Position numbers and translations under genes: made by a program. 64,000 bases of DNA. Source: Candidatus Omnitrophota bacterium. Lineage in GTDB: Bacteria; Omnitrophota; Gorgyraeia; Gygaellales; Profunditerraquicolaceae. The notes under the pieces are model-generated. The model made no database searches. It had not been told where the DNA came from and saw only the letters and a list, made by a program, of their open reading frames with translations. Each line of letters starts with the position of its first letter. The stretch's first letter is position 1. Positions 8,703 to 18,500 of this stretch are shown here, in pieces. The DNA lies in assembly GCA_041649115.1 (NCBI GenBank), contig JBAZNT010000001.1, positions 12,325-76,324 of the forward strand, given 5' to 3'.

Positions 8703-11700
8703 TTGAATTCTTTGTAAGGCATAAGGTAACCACGGTAATGTTCGTCCTGGTGTTCGTGGTTTTAGGAATCTTTAGCTATTCCAATATACTTATTGAAAAG
8801 TTCCCCAAAGTAGATTATCCGATTGTTACCGTCTCAATTACGTATCCCGGGGCAACCCCGCTAGAGGTAGAGACACTGGTAGTCAAGAAGGTAGAAGATG
8901 CGGTTTCAGAGGTATCGGAGATTAAAAAGATTAAGAGTAATTCTTACGACAGCCTGGGGTTTGTCTCGATAGAATTTTTATTGTCGGCCGACGTTAACGT
9001 AAAGTCCATTGAGGTTAAAGATAAGGTTGAGGCCATCCTCAACGACCTTCCTGACGCCATTGAAAAGCCGGTAATTGAAAAATACGACCCCCTGGTCCTT
9101 CCGGTAATGGAGCTGGTGCTTTCCAGCGACAGCATTGACGTGCGCGAACTCTACGAATACGCCGACAAGACCTTGAAGACGAAATTTTCCTCTATTGCCG
9201 GGGTGGCCAAGGTTGACGTTTACGGCGGCAGGGAACGCCAGATTAACGTCCGGCTTGACCCAATGCTGATGAAGCAGCATTATATCAGTATCGGGGAGGT
9301 AATCAGCCAGATGTTGATGAAAAACAAGAATATCCCCGCCGGCGACCTCGAGAAGGGTTTCAGTTCTCTTAATGTCAGGTTTATCGGTGAGTTCCAGAGC
9401 GTAGGCGAAATCGCCGAGATGGAGGTTGTTTCTTCAGACGGCACAGTCTTTGCTCTCAAGGATATTAGCTCGGTCGAAGACAGCTATAAAAAGATAAAGA
9501 CCAATGCCCGCTATAACGGCAAAGAGGTAGTCGGGCTTTCCATAAACAAGGCCTCTGACGGCAATGCGGTCTCAATCTCCAGGCAGATGCGCCGGGACCT
9601 TGATAGATTCAGGGCGATGCTGCCGAAAGGGATGAATCTGGACATTGCCACGGATACCACCACATTTATCATCAATGAAACAAATGGCACCGAGCAAAGC
9701 ATCTTCTTAGGCATCCTTCTTACGGCGCTGATACTTTATTTCTTCCTGGGCAGATGGGAGACGACATTTATCGCCTGCATCATTATCCCGACATCTGTTA
9801 TCTCAACATTTTTCCCGTTATGGATGTCGGGATTTTCCATTAATACCCTGACCTTATTGGCGATTGCTACGGTGTTGGGAACGCTTATCTCCAATGCCTT
9901 GGTTATTATTGAGAATATCATGGCGCACCTGGAGCGGCATGACAATCCGGAGCGGGCGGCAATTGAGGGGACAAAAGAGGTGTTTGTCCCCATTGTCGCG
10001 GCAACCGGGACAAACCTGGCAGTCTTTATGCCGATTGCCATGATGTCCGAAATGATAGGGGTATTCATGAGGTCTTTCGGTTTGACAGTCGTATACGCCA
10101 CCCTTTTTTCATTATTGGCTTCTTTTACCCTCACCCCTATGCTTTGTGCAGCCATACTTAAACCAAGGTCAAACAAAGAGGCGGGCGGTTCAAATAACGT
10201 ATTTCGTAAAATATTCTTCCCCTTAAAGTGGATACAAGACGGTCTTGACCGGGGCATGAGCTTTTTTAAGAAAGAATACAAATACCTCTTTGACGCAATT
10301 TTCCGGCATCCCAAGATGACCATTGCCGCGGTAGCCCTTTTATTTGTCGCGTCATTATTTCTCGTCCCTTATATTGAAAATGATTTGATCCCAAAGTCTG
10401 ACGAAGACCAGCTTAAAATAAATATAGTCTTACCTCAGGGCTCTACTGTCAAACGCACCATAGAAACCACAAAATTACTGGAGAGATACCTTGATAAGCT
10501 GCCGGAGAAAAAATCTTATTTGACCAATATAGGGGAAAACGGCGTGGAGAATGCCTCGATTACGCTGGATTTAATCCCTTTAAAAGAACGTAAGAGGAAA
10601 GATACCGATATCATAGATGCGCTTACCTTGTTTATGGCGGGGATCCCTGACGTGGAAGTAAGCTTTGAGCGCGGCACTACTACTATTGAACCCGGCAGCG
10701 GCGATATCGCCATAGACTTATACGGGCTTGATTATGATACCATGATTGAGCTGTCTAAAGAAATGAAGCGGATAATGGAGAAGAGCGGTTACTTTATAAG
10801 CGTGATTTCTTCTTATAAGACTCCTAAGAATGAAATACGCCTTCTGCCGCAGCAGGATAAGCTTATTGAATACGGCCTGACTGCCGTTGATAGCGGTTCG
10901 GCGCTGCGCGCTTCCATCTACGGGGAGGATTCCAATATCTATAAAGAAAAAGGTGAGGAATATAAGGTCAATATAGAATTAAACGATAAATACGCGGAGG
11001 ATTTTGAGGACTTAAAGATTGTTTCCATTCGTTCGCGCAAGGGCCTTATCCCCATAGATGAGTTAGGCGAATTGAAGACCGATAAGGCCATCCCGACTAT
11101 CAAGCATCGGGACAGGGAGCGCGTTATCCATCTTGACGGATTTCTCGGGAAGAGCGCATTCGGGTATGTCAGCGGAGTGCTGGATAAGAAATTCAAATCC
11201 ATACAGTTCCCCGAAGGGTATGGATACCGCTATGTAGGGAATGCTGAAAACATGTATGAAACTAACCGGGAAATAACCAAGGCATTCGCGCTTGCAATTA
11301 TACTGACGTTTATGCTTTTATGCGCCCTGATGAATTCCGTTATTGCCTATCCCATCGCCGTTATGACAAGCGTCGCTACCTCAATCATCGGGATGATATT
11401 CGCTCTGTTTTCCCTAGGGTATTCCATTAATGTTGCTTCGTTAATGGGGGTTGTTATGTTGGTCGGGATGGTGGTAAATAACGCCATTCTTCTGTTGGAT
11501 TACGCACTTATTAAGATTAAAGAAGGCATACCTGTCAAGGAAGCGCTTTGGCTGGGGGCATCGGAGAAGTTCAGGGCAATTATTATGACTTCGCTTGCGA
11601 TTATTCTTGGGGTATTGCCGCAGTTTTGGGCAATAATGGAAGCGAAACAGTCTATGGGTGCGGTGATGACTGGCGGGATGCTTGCTTCCGTTATATTTAC

Positions 11701-11767
11701 GTTCGTCCTGGTCCCGGTGGTTTTCTGGTATTTGGAGCCTCTTGAGAGAAGATTTTCAAGGCGTTAG
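8699..11767 (+). CDS. RND (AcrB/HAE1-like) inner-membrane efflux transporter
   Basis: 1022 aa with a 12-TM/2-large-loop layout. The N-terminus MIEFFVRHKVTTVMFVLVFVVLG is typical of the ACR_tran family. The start overlaps the MFP stop (ATGA). Confidence 0.92.
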   Translation: MIEFFVRHKVTTVMFVLVFVVLGIFSYSNILIEKFPKVDYPIVTVSITYPGATPLEVETLVVKKVEDAVSEVSEIKKIKSNSYDSLGFVSIEFLLSADVNVKSIEVKDKVEAILNDLPDAIEKPVIEKYDPLVLPVMELVLSSDSIDVRELYEYADKTLKTKFSSIAGVAKVDVYGGRERQINVRLDPMLMKQHYISIGEVISQMLMKNKNIPAGDLEKGFSSLNVRFIGEFQSVGEIAEMEVVSSDGTVFALKDISSVEDSYKKIKTNARYNGKEVVGLSINKASDGNAVSISRQMRRDLDRFRAMLPKGMNLDIATDTTTFIINETNGTEQSIFLGILLTALILYFFLGRWETTFIACIIIPTSVISTFFPLWMSGFSINTLTLLAIATVLGTLISNALVIIENIMAHLERHDNPERAAIEGTKEVFVPIVAATGTNLAVFMPIAMMSEMIGVFMRSFGLTVVYATLFSLLASFTLTPMLCAAILKPRSNKEAGGSNNVFRKIFFPLKWIQDGLDRGMSFFKKEYKYLFDAIFRHPKMTIAAVALLFVASLFLVPYIENDLIPKSDEDQLKINIVLPQGSTVKRTIETTKLLERYLDKLPEKKSYLTNIGENGVENASITLDLIPLKERKRKDTDIIDALTLFMAGIPDVEVSFERGTTTIEPGSGDIAIDLYGLDYDTMIELSKEMKRIMEKSGYFISVISSYKTPKNEIRLLPQQDKLIEYGLTAVDSGSALRASIYGEDSNIYKEKGEEYKVNIELNDKYAEDFEDLKIVSIRSRKGLIPIDELGELKTDKAIPTIKHRDRERVIHLDGFLGKSAFGYVSGVLDKKFKSIQFPEGYGYRYVGNAENMYETNREITKAFALAIILTFMLLCALMNSVIAYPIAVMTSVATSIIGMIFALFSLGYSINVASLMGVVMLVGMVVNNAILLLDYALIKIKEGIPVKEALWLGASEKFRAIIMTSLAIILGVLPQFWAIMEAKQSMGAVMTGGMLASVIFTFVLVPVVFWYLEPLERRFSRR

Positions 11768-11770
11768 AAT

Positions 11771-12337
11771 ATGGATGACCTTGAGCCTCTGATTTCAATC
11801 GTAAGGATACTCAGCAGGAATGAGGGTATATTTGTCCATGGAAGGCGTGTTGCCCGTTTATCCTGTGATATCGCTGGAGCGATGAAATATTGCGATAAAG
11901 GGGTCAGGCTTATCCGTATTGCAGCGGTTACCCATGACATCGGGAAAATCCAGTTACCGGAAGAAATTATCAATAAACCGGCTGCCCTGGATAAAGGCGA
12001 GAGGGAGTTAATCAGGAAGCATCCGGAACTGGGGTATCAGCTGCTGCAGGTTTTAAAGGCCGAATCTATTGTTGCGGAAGTGGCGCTTCAACACCATGAA
12101 AGGCTCGACGGTTCCGGTTATCCGTTTGGCCTGCAGGCAAAGGATATCAACCCGGTTGCAAGGATAATCGCGGTTGCCGATGTGATAGATACCATGATTT
12201 CCCCGCAGACATATAGGCCGGCATTAACTGCCGAGGAGGCCTTGCGGGAGATTAAACAAAATAGCGGTCTGCTATACGATCCAGAAGTGGTTGCTGTCAG
12301 CCTGGCGTTTATCGAGAAAGGCTGGTTTCGTGTCTGA
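11771..12337 (+). CDS. stand-alone HD-GYP domain protein (putative c-di-GMP phosphodiesterase)
   Basis: Motifs VTHDIGKIQLPEEII and HHERLDGSGYPFGL. It starts 3 nt after the RND stop. Confidence 0.85.
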   Translation: MDDLEPLISIVRILSRNEGIFVHGRRVARLSCDIAGAMKYCDKGVRLIRIAAVTHDIGKIQLPEEIINKPAALDKGERELIRKHPELGYQLLQVLKAESIVAEVALQHHERLDGSGYPFGLQAKDINPVARIIAVADVIDTMISPQTYRPALTAEEALREIKQNSGLLYDPEVVAVSLAFIEKGWFRV

Positions 12338-12779
12338 AGAGCCGTATTATTTAAGAATTTTTAGCTTATTCCACAGGCTTATGCGGAGCTTACATCTTTG
12401 CGCTCAGCATTATTCCTTGAACCAAAAAATTTCTCTTTCAGAGTCTTATCTCTTATTTCTCCTGCGCAACGGTAAGCCGGTTGAGATGAGCAGGATAAAA
12501 AGAGACTTCTCTGTCAGCGGGGCGTTTGCGACAAGCCTCGTTGACCGGCTTGTTAAACATGAGTTAGCCGAACGCCAGCGAAACGATAAAGACCGCAGGA
12601 AAGTGACTGTCGTGCTTTCCGGTAAGGGGAAACACTATTTGGCAAAATTAGAGGCGCAGAGAAAACATTTTTTCATGACACTTGTTGATAGTATCAAAGA
12701 AGAAGATAAAAGAATAATGGAGAAGGGCGTCTCAATGCTGGTCGGGTCTTTAGAATCCGCGGAGAGATTAAACGCATAG
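12333..12779 (+). CDS. MarR family transcriptional regulator
   Basis: Winged-HTH pattern LSESYLLFLLRNGKPVEMSRIKRDFSVSGAFATSLVDRLVKHELAERQRNDKDRRKVTVVLSGKG. The start is uncertain: GTG 12333 overlaps the upstream stop, and TTG 12291 and ATG 12381 are alternatives. Confidence 0.75.
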   Translation, partial: SEEPYYLRIFSLFHRLMRSLHLCAQHYSLNQKISLSESYLLFLLRNGKPVEMSRIKRDFSVSGAFATSLVDRLVKHELAERQRNDKDRRKVTVVLSGKGKHYLAKLEAQRKHFFMTLVDSIKEEDKRIMEKGVSMLVGSLESAERLNA

Positions 12780-12795
12780 CCCTTAAGGTCATTTT

Positions 12796-13455
12796 ATGAA
12801 AATCCTTTTACGGCACAAACCGGTACAGAATAAATATTATCACCTGTTGGCGGCGCTTATCGTTTTATTTTTTATCATACCGTTCAATATCGCTGAAGAA
12901 ATACGCTATTTTATATTCCCGTTTATATTCCTGTCCGCAATCCTATTCTCTATAAGGGCGCTGGAGGTAAAAAGGTCGTTTTATATTTTTATTGCCTTAA
13001 CTGGGATCTTAGCGGTGATTCTGGATTTATTGTTCAAATTCTTTGATGCGTCAGCAGGATTGGTGTTACAAGGAATTCCAGTTATAATTTTTGTAATTTT
13101 TTTATTAATTTCCATAGCGCTCTTAATCTCTAGAATGTTTTCTGCCCCGAGAGTTACCAGCGATACGATAGCCGGCGGCATCAGTGTTTATTTACTTTTA
13201 GGCTTTATGTGGACTGTCCTCTATTATGCAATTTATATATTTGATCACAATGCATTTAGTTTTTCCCATCAGTTCAACGAGTTTAGTCTATTCTATTTCA
13301 GTTTTGCTACCCTGACTACGCTCGGTTACGGTGATATCTATCCAATTAACAAGCTGGCGATGTCTCTTTCCAACCTTGAAGTTATTACAGGGCAGATGTA
13401 TATTGCAATCTTTATTGCCAGGCTCGTAGGGCTGCATTCGGCCGGTAATAAATAG
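12796..13455 (+). CDS. potassium channel family protein (Ion_trans_2-like pore)
   Basis: Multi-TM protein with the canonical K+ selectivity filter TTLGYGD (FATLTTLGYGDIYP). Confidence 0.8.
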   Translation: MKILLRHKPVQNKYYHLLAALIVLFFIIPFNIAEEIRYFIFPFIFLSAILFSIRALEVKRSFYIFIALTGILAVILDLLFKFFDASAGLVLQGIPVIIFVIFLLISIALLISRMFSAPRVTSDTIAGGISVYLLLGFMWTVLYYAIYIFDHNAFSFSHQFNEFSLFYFSFATLTTLGYGDIYPINKLAMSLSNLEVITGQMYIAIFIARLVGLHSAGNK

Positions 13456-13467
13456 ATAAGCGATTAA

Positions 13468-14670
13468 ATGTCTAAAAAACACCTTTTGTTTATTTTGCTC
13501 CTTTTTATCTGCGGCTGCGCAAACGTGCGCCATGTCGTGCCGGCAGATTCATTAAGCAGCGCCTGGATTCTCGGGAGGCAGGATATCAGGGCTTTTAGCG
13601 GGATGCCGAGCGTTGCTTTTAAGAACGATTTTCTTGTTTTATTGGAACAGGAAGAGAAGGAAAGCCCGTCTCTGCTGGCTTTTACAAACAGCCGCACTTA
13701 CTCCGTGCTTGCTATCTCAGGAGGCGCTGCCAACGGGGCATATGGCGCAGGGTTGCTTAGCGGGTGGTCAGAGAGGGGGACGCGTCCGGTTTTTAAGGTG
13801 GTTACAGGGATAAGCACCGGGGCAATAACCGCTCCGTATGCCTTTTTAGGAAGCGGTTACGATGACAGATTGAAGGAAATCTACACCAGGTATTCCACCA
13901 AAGATATTATGAAGATACGGTTCCCGCTGATAAAGATACCTTTTAGCAATTCTATTAGCAGCACTAAGCCTTTAGAGCGCCTTATTGGAAAGCATTTTGA
14001 TGCCGCCATGCTAAAGAAAATAGCTGCCGAATATAACAAAGGCCGCAGGCTTTATGTAGGGACTACCAATCTTGATGCGCAGCGGCTGGTAATATGGGAT
14101 ATGGGTAAAATCGCTTCTATGGGCGATGAGCGGGCCTTAAAGCTGTTCCGTAAGATTATATTGGCTTCTGCGTCAGTGCCGGTTGCATTCCCCCCTGTTT
14201 TTTTATACGTAGAGGCCAACGGTAAAATGTATGATGAGATGCACGTTGACGGAGGGATAAGCAAACAGGTATTTTTCCTTTACGATGTCTTACAGGGGTT
14301 TGAGAAGGCCTTGAAAGAAAGGGGCATTGATGCCTCCAGGAACAAATACGCGATTTACATTATAAGGAACGGGTACGTCGAGCCGTTATATAAAGGAGTT
14401 CAGGACAAGCTCGTAGCAATTGCCGAGCGCACGGTTGATACTATGACGAACGCCCAGGGCATCGGGGACCTTTATCAAATCTACGTGTTTACCAAAGACG
14501 GCAAGGGAGATTTTAACCTTGCCTATATCCCTGCGTCCCACGTTTCAAAAGCCAAGGAGCTTTTTGACCCGGTTGAAATGCGGGAACTTTTTGAATTGGG
14601 ATTCAAGGAAGGGCTGGAGGGTTACCATTGGAAGAAGAATCCGCCGGGCCTGGGAGCGGAGCAATATTAA
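13468..14670 (+). CDS. patatin-like phospholipase, predicted lipoprotein
   Basis: Lipobox LLLFICGCAN, oxyanion-hole motif SGGAANGAYGAG, nucleophile elbow GISTGA (GxSxG) and catalytic HVDGG. Confidence 0.85.
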   Translation: MSKKHLLFILLLFICGCANVRHVVPADSLSSAWILGRQDIRAFSGMPSVAFKNDFLVLLEQEEKESPSLLAFTNSRTYSVLAISGGAANGAYGAGLLSGWSERGTRPVFKVVTGISTGAITAPYAFLGSGYDDRLKEIYTRYSTKDIMKIRFPLIKIPFSNSISSTKPLERLIGKHFDAAMLKKIAAEYNKGRRLYVGTTNLDAQRLVIWDMGKIASMGDERALKLFRKIILASASVPVAFPPVFLYVEANGKMYDEMHVDGGISKQVFFLYDVLQGFEKALKERGIDASRNKYAIYIIRNGYVEPLYKGVQDKLVAIAERTVDTMTNAQGIGDLYQIYVFTKDGKGDFNLAYIPASHVSKAKELFDPVEMRELFELGFKEGLEGYHWKKNPPGLGAEQY

Positions 14671-14683
14671 AAGGAGGGGCACC

Positions 14684-14833
14684 ATGAAGAAAAAATGCGA
14701 TGAGAGGAACTTGGACGATAAGATCAGAGAAAAGGCAAGGCAGCTGTGGGAGAATGGCGGCTGCCAGCAGGGGAAGGACTTGGAGTATTGGCTGGAAGCA
14801 GAAAGAATAATAAAAAGAAAGATTAAAAAATAA
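14684..14833 (+). CDS. DUF2934-like small protein
   Basis: 49-aa ORF preceded by a strong SD (AAGGAGG, 14671-14677). The sequence IREKARQLWENGGCQQGKDLEYWLEAERII matches the DUF2934 signature. The longer ORF-track form (14519) overlaps the patatin gene. Confidence 0.65.
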   Translation: MKKKCDERNLDDKIREKARQLWENGGCQQGKDLEYWLEAERIIKRKIKK

Positions 14834-15073
14834 GATACCTTAAAACTTACAGATAAGGCATTTAGGCCGTCTTTTTTTGCCCGCTTTATTTATGCCTTTA
14901 AAAAGAACTTCTTTATTATTCAATTATTTGCCGGGCTCTTCCTAAAAACCCTTCGCCAGACAATTTACCGGATAATAACATCAAGTAATAGCTTTGAAGG
15001 ATGCGTAAAAAAGGTAGAGATAGGCAGCGCCTTTTTTATTTGCAAATATTTTAACTTAGTATAAGATAAAGTC

Positions 15074-15469
15074 ATGCGTAAAAAAAGGGTTCAGGTCGTA
15101 TTAATAACGGCAGCCATGGTCTTTGCGGCGGGATTGTTTATGAGGGGGATTAAACATCCTCTCCGGAGGAGCCCATCCAAGAATATCGAGGTTAAGGCAG
15201 GAGAAAGATTCATTATCGGCCTCGGCGCCAATCATACTACCGGTTACCAGTGGCAACTTGCTTCTCCCGCCGACCCCAAGATATTGGAGTTTGTCTCCAG
15301 CGAATACCGTCCCCTTGAGCCTGACCGCATTGGAGCAGGAGGCAAAGAGGCCTGGACCTTTAAGGCAACCGGCAAGGGGAAGGCAGAGATTATCTTTAAC
15401 TATGTGCGCCCATGGGAGGAAGATGCCAAACCCGCAGAAACCGAAGTTTTCCTTATTACGGTAAGATAG
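15074..15469 (+). CDS. chagasin-family (I42) cysteine-peptidase inhibitor, membrane-anchored or secreted
   Basis: N-terminal hydrophobic anchor, then GANHTTGYQWQL (NPTTGY-type motif), GAGG and RPWE, which are typical of Inhibitor_I42. Confidence 0.75.
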   Translation: MRKKRVQVVLITAAMVFAAGLFMRGIKHPLRRSPSKNIEVKAGERFIIGLGANHTTGYQWQLASPADPKILEFVSSEYRPLEPDRIGAGGKEAWTFKATGKGKAEIIFNYVRPWEEDAKPAETEVFLITVR

Positions 15470-15471
15470 GG

Positions 15472-15501
15472 TTGACGCAAGGGCATAGAATATGTTATAA
15501 T
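15472..15501 (+). promoter_or_regulatory. candidate sigma70 promoter in the chagasin/GGDEF intergenic region
   Basis: TTGACG (15472-15477), 18-nt spacer, then an extended -10 TGTTATAAT (15493-15501). Confidence 0.45.
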
Positions 15502-15558
15502 TAACATACCAGCCAAGATAGGCTTACTATGAGACAAAATTAAAAACAAACAAGTGAC

Positions 15559-15594
15559 AAGGCAACTCTTGAGGGGAGAGTTGCCTTTTTTATT
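15559..15594 (+). terminator. rho-independent terminator or attenuator hairpin
   Basis: 11-bp stem AAGGCAACTCT/AGAGTTGCCTT with loop TGAGGGG, followed by TTTTTTATT. It ends 6 nt before the annotated ATG at 15600. Confidence 0.75.
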
Positions 15595-15599
15595 CTCTG

Positions 15600-18500
15600 A
15601 TGACATTCAAAGATAAAGATAAGAACGAGATGGAAGAATCTGGTAGCGGCGCCAGGCGCCAGTCTATCGGTACGAGAGAGATGGGATTCCTCTGCGGCAG
15701 TTGCGATGAGGATGTCTTAAGCCAGTGCCGGCAGCTGATTTCGATATTCGACAACATAGATGAAATCATTTATGTGGCAGATCCCGCTACCCACGAGATA
15801 TTGTATGCCAACCGCACGCTGGTTAAGGAGCGCGGAAATATCGTGGGCAAGAAGTGTTATGAAGCCCTGCAGGGTTTTGAAGAGCCCTGCCCTTTCTGTA
15901 CCAATAAATACATTTTTAGCGGGGAGAACATCAGCCGTTCCTACATCTGGGAATTCCAGAATACCGTCAACCAGCGCTGGTATCATTGTATCGATAAGGC
16001 AATACACTGGCCGGACGGCAGGCTGGTGCGTTACGAGATGGCGATTGACATTACGGAAAGCAGGCTTTACGGTAAGCGTATCAGCCGCATTAATGAATGC
16101 CTCCTGAAGTTCAAGCACAATCCTAACGAAAACATCGATTCCCTGGTTGCGCTTTGCGGAGAATTGTTGGCAGCGGACTGCGCCCTTTACAATCGGCTTG
16201 AAGGGGACAGGTTGCATACCTTAAACATCTGGAATGAGCCTTCCGGATACCAGAGGAGCGACAGCGCCGAAGGGCATATCTGTTACGATGTGGTTACTCA
16301 CAATGCCGAAGATATTGTGGTAGTGCGCAATCTAGGGAATACCGGATACGCCGTGACCGATCCAAACGTAGGACGTTATAACCTGCAGACCTATGTCGGC
16401 TCGCCGGTTAAGCTTTCCGGGGAACGCATAGGCGTGCTCTGCGCGCTTTACCAGCGCGATATTGAGCCTTGCGAGGATGATAAGAACGTATTAGGTATTA
16501 TCGCCGCTGCGATCGCGGTAGAGGAATCTCGCTACAGCATTAAGAAGAGCCTGGAGCATAGCATTGAATTTGAGAGGCTCATCAGCAGGCTCTCCACTGT
16601 TTTTATTAACCTTTCTCCGGCAGAAATAGATAGTGCGATTAACCGGGCCCTGGAGGCGATAGGTAGATTCTCCGGGGTCGACCGCAGTTATATATTCTCG
16701 GTATACGATAACAAAACCAAGGCAGATAATATCTACGAGTGGTGCCTGGAAGGGGTAGAATCTAGAATGTCAGTTTTAAAAGGCATAACCGACGAAATGA
16801 TGCCTTGGTTTGCCAAGAAAATCAGGAATAACGAAGTAATTCATATCCGTAACATCGATGATATGCCTGAAGAGGCAGCCAGGGAAAAGGATTTCATGAA
16901 GAGAGAGGGGCTCAAATCCGTTATTATTGTGCCGCTGCTCTATGACAATGACATTATGGGCCTGATAGGATTTGATTCGATTAAGATTGAGAAGGTTTGG
17001 TCTGAGAACGATATTTCGCTCTTACGGACAGCGGGCTCTATCTTTGCCAGCGCCTTAAAGCATAAAGAAGCGGATCAGGCCCTGCGTGCCGGCGAGGCAT
17101 TCCTCAGCAGTATATTTAAGAGTATCCAGGACGGCATCAGCGTATTGGATGAGGATTACAATATTATCCGCGTTAATTCCTCTATGGAGAAGTGGTATGC
17201 CCATAATATGCCCCTGGTAGGGAAGAAGTGTTATGAGGCTTATCACGGCAGGAGCAGCCCCTGCGAGATCTGCCCTACCCGCCGCACAATCGCAACGAAA
17301 GAGGCGGCTTATGAGATTGTTCCGCATACGGGAAAGAATGGCGAGGCTATAGGGTGGTTAGACCTCTACAGCTTTCCTCTGGTTGACGTCGGGACCGGCA
17401 AGATCTCCGGGGCAATCGAATACGTGCGCGATATTACGGCGCGCAAGCAGTCAGACGAGGCCCTGCGCGCATCAGAGAGCAAGTACCGTGCGGTATTCGA
17501 GAATACCGGCAGCGCTACCATTATAATAGAGGATGATTCTACGATATCGCTTGCGAATTCGCAGTTCGCCGTATTGTCGGGATATACCATTAAAGAGATA
17601 GAGTGGCTCAAGAGCTGGAAGGATTTTGTGGCCAAAGAGGACCTTGCCAAGCTGGAGAGGTATCATCAGTTGCGCATTGTTGATCCCAATACCGCCCCGA
17701 AGAGATACGAATTCCGCTTTGTGGATAAAATAGGAAACATCAAGGACATTTATATTGTCGTTGATATGATCCCCGGCACCAAAAAGAGCGTTGCCTCGCT
17801 GATAGACATTAGCGACCGCCGTAAGAACGAAACGGAGCGCGAGAAACTCAACAATGATCTCTTGAGGTCCAACGAGAAGCTCAAGCAGATGGCGCTGCTG
17901 GACCCGCACACCGGGCTTTACAACCACCGTTATCTTGTTGAGGTGCTGGAGCGCGAGTTCTACCGCGCCAAGAGGCACGCCCATCCGATTTCCGTAATCA
18001 TGCTGGATTTGGACTATTTCAAATCCATCAATGACGTTTACGGCCATGCCTTCGGGGATCTGGTTTTGAAGCAGCTCTCCCGTCAACTTAAGCAGATGGT
18101 CCGCGAATATGACATCGTAGTGCGTTACGGAGGCGAGGAATTTGTAATCATTTCGCCCGCTACCGATAATACCCAGGGGGTGACCCTGGCGCACAGGATC
18201 CTTGACGCCCTGACCCTTTATAATTTCGGCAACGACAAGCACACGGTAAAGCTGAAACTGAGCCTTGCGGTTGCTTCATACCCCGAAGACCATGTATTAA
18301 AAGGAATTGAGCTGGTGGAGCTTACCGAGAAGATACTCAGCAAGGCCAAGGAATCAGGCGGTAACCGGGTTTATTCCTCTTCGGACCTCATTAAGGATAA
18401 AGGCGATGCCCTGATTGTAAGCAAGGCCAATACCGAGGCAAGGTTCCTGAAGGATAAGATTGAGAAGCTTACCAAGCGCACCAACCAGGGGTTGATTGAG

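Noticed and set aside
13468-14670. The patatin phospholipase might be a CBASS-type effector.
   Set aside because: No CD-NTase/cyclase, no E1/E2/JAB or HORMA/TRIP13 genes are nearby. The protein has a lipoprotein signal peptide, indicating an envelope location rather than a cytoplasmic cyclic-nucleotide-activated effector.
15001-15087. A 17-codon uORF (MRKKGRDRQRLFYLQIF, 15001-15054) starts with the same 14 nt (ATGCGTAAAAAAGG) as the chagasin gene 73 nt downstream.
   Set aside because: The match is short and A-rich, the SD is weak and there is no supporting structure. It may be a remnant of a 5'-end duplication, but the evidence is insufficient to call a feature.
17472-18242. Long antisense ORFs: 17472-18242 (256 aa), 23600-24211 (203 aa), 58648-59280 (210 aa), 32347-32952 (201 aa), 45259-45861 (200 aa), 9736-10323, 20982-21569, 59895-60464 and others.
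   Set aside because: Each lies entirely opposite a + strand gene with unmistakable family motifs (GGDEF, LOG/purQ, GT9, glyA, dprA, RND, purL). Their sequences are low-complexity (Arg/Pro/Ser/Leu-rich) with no recognisable motifs or SDs.
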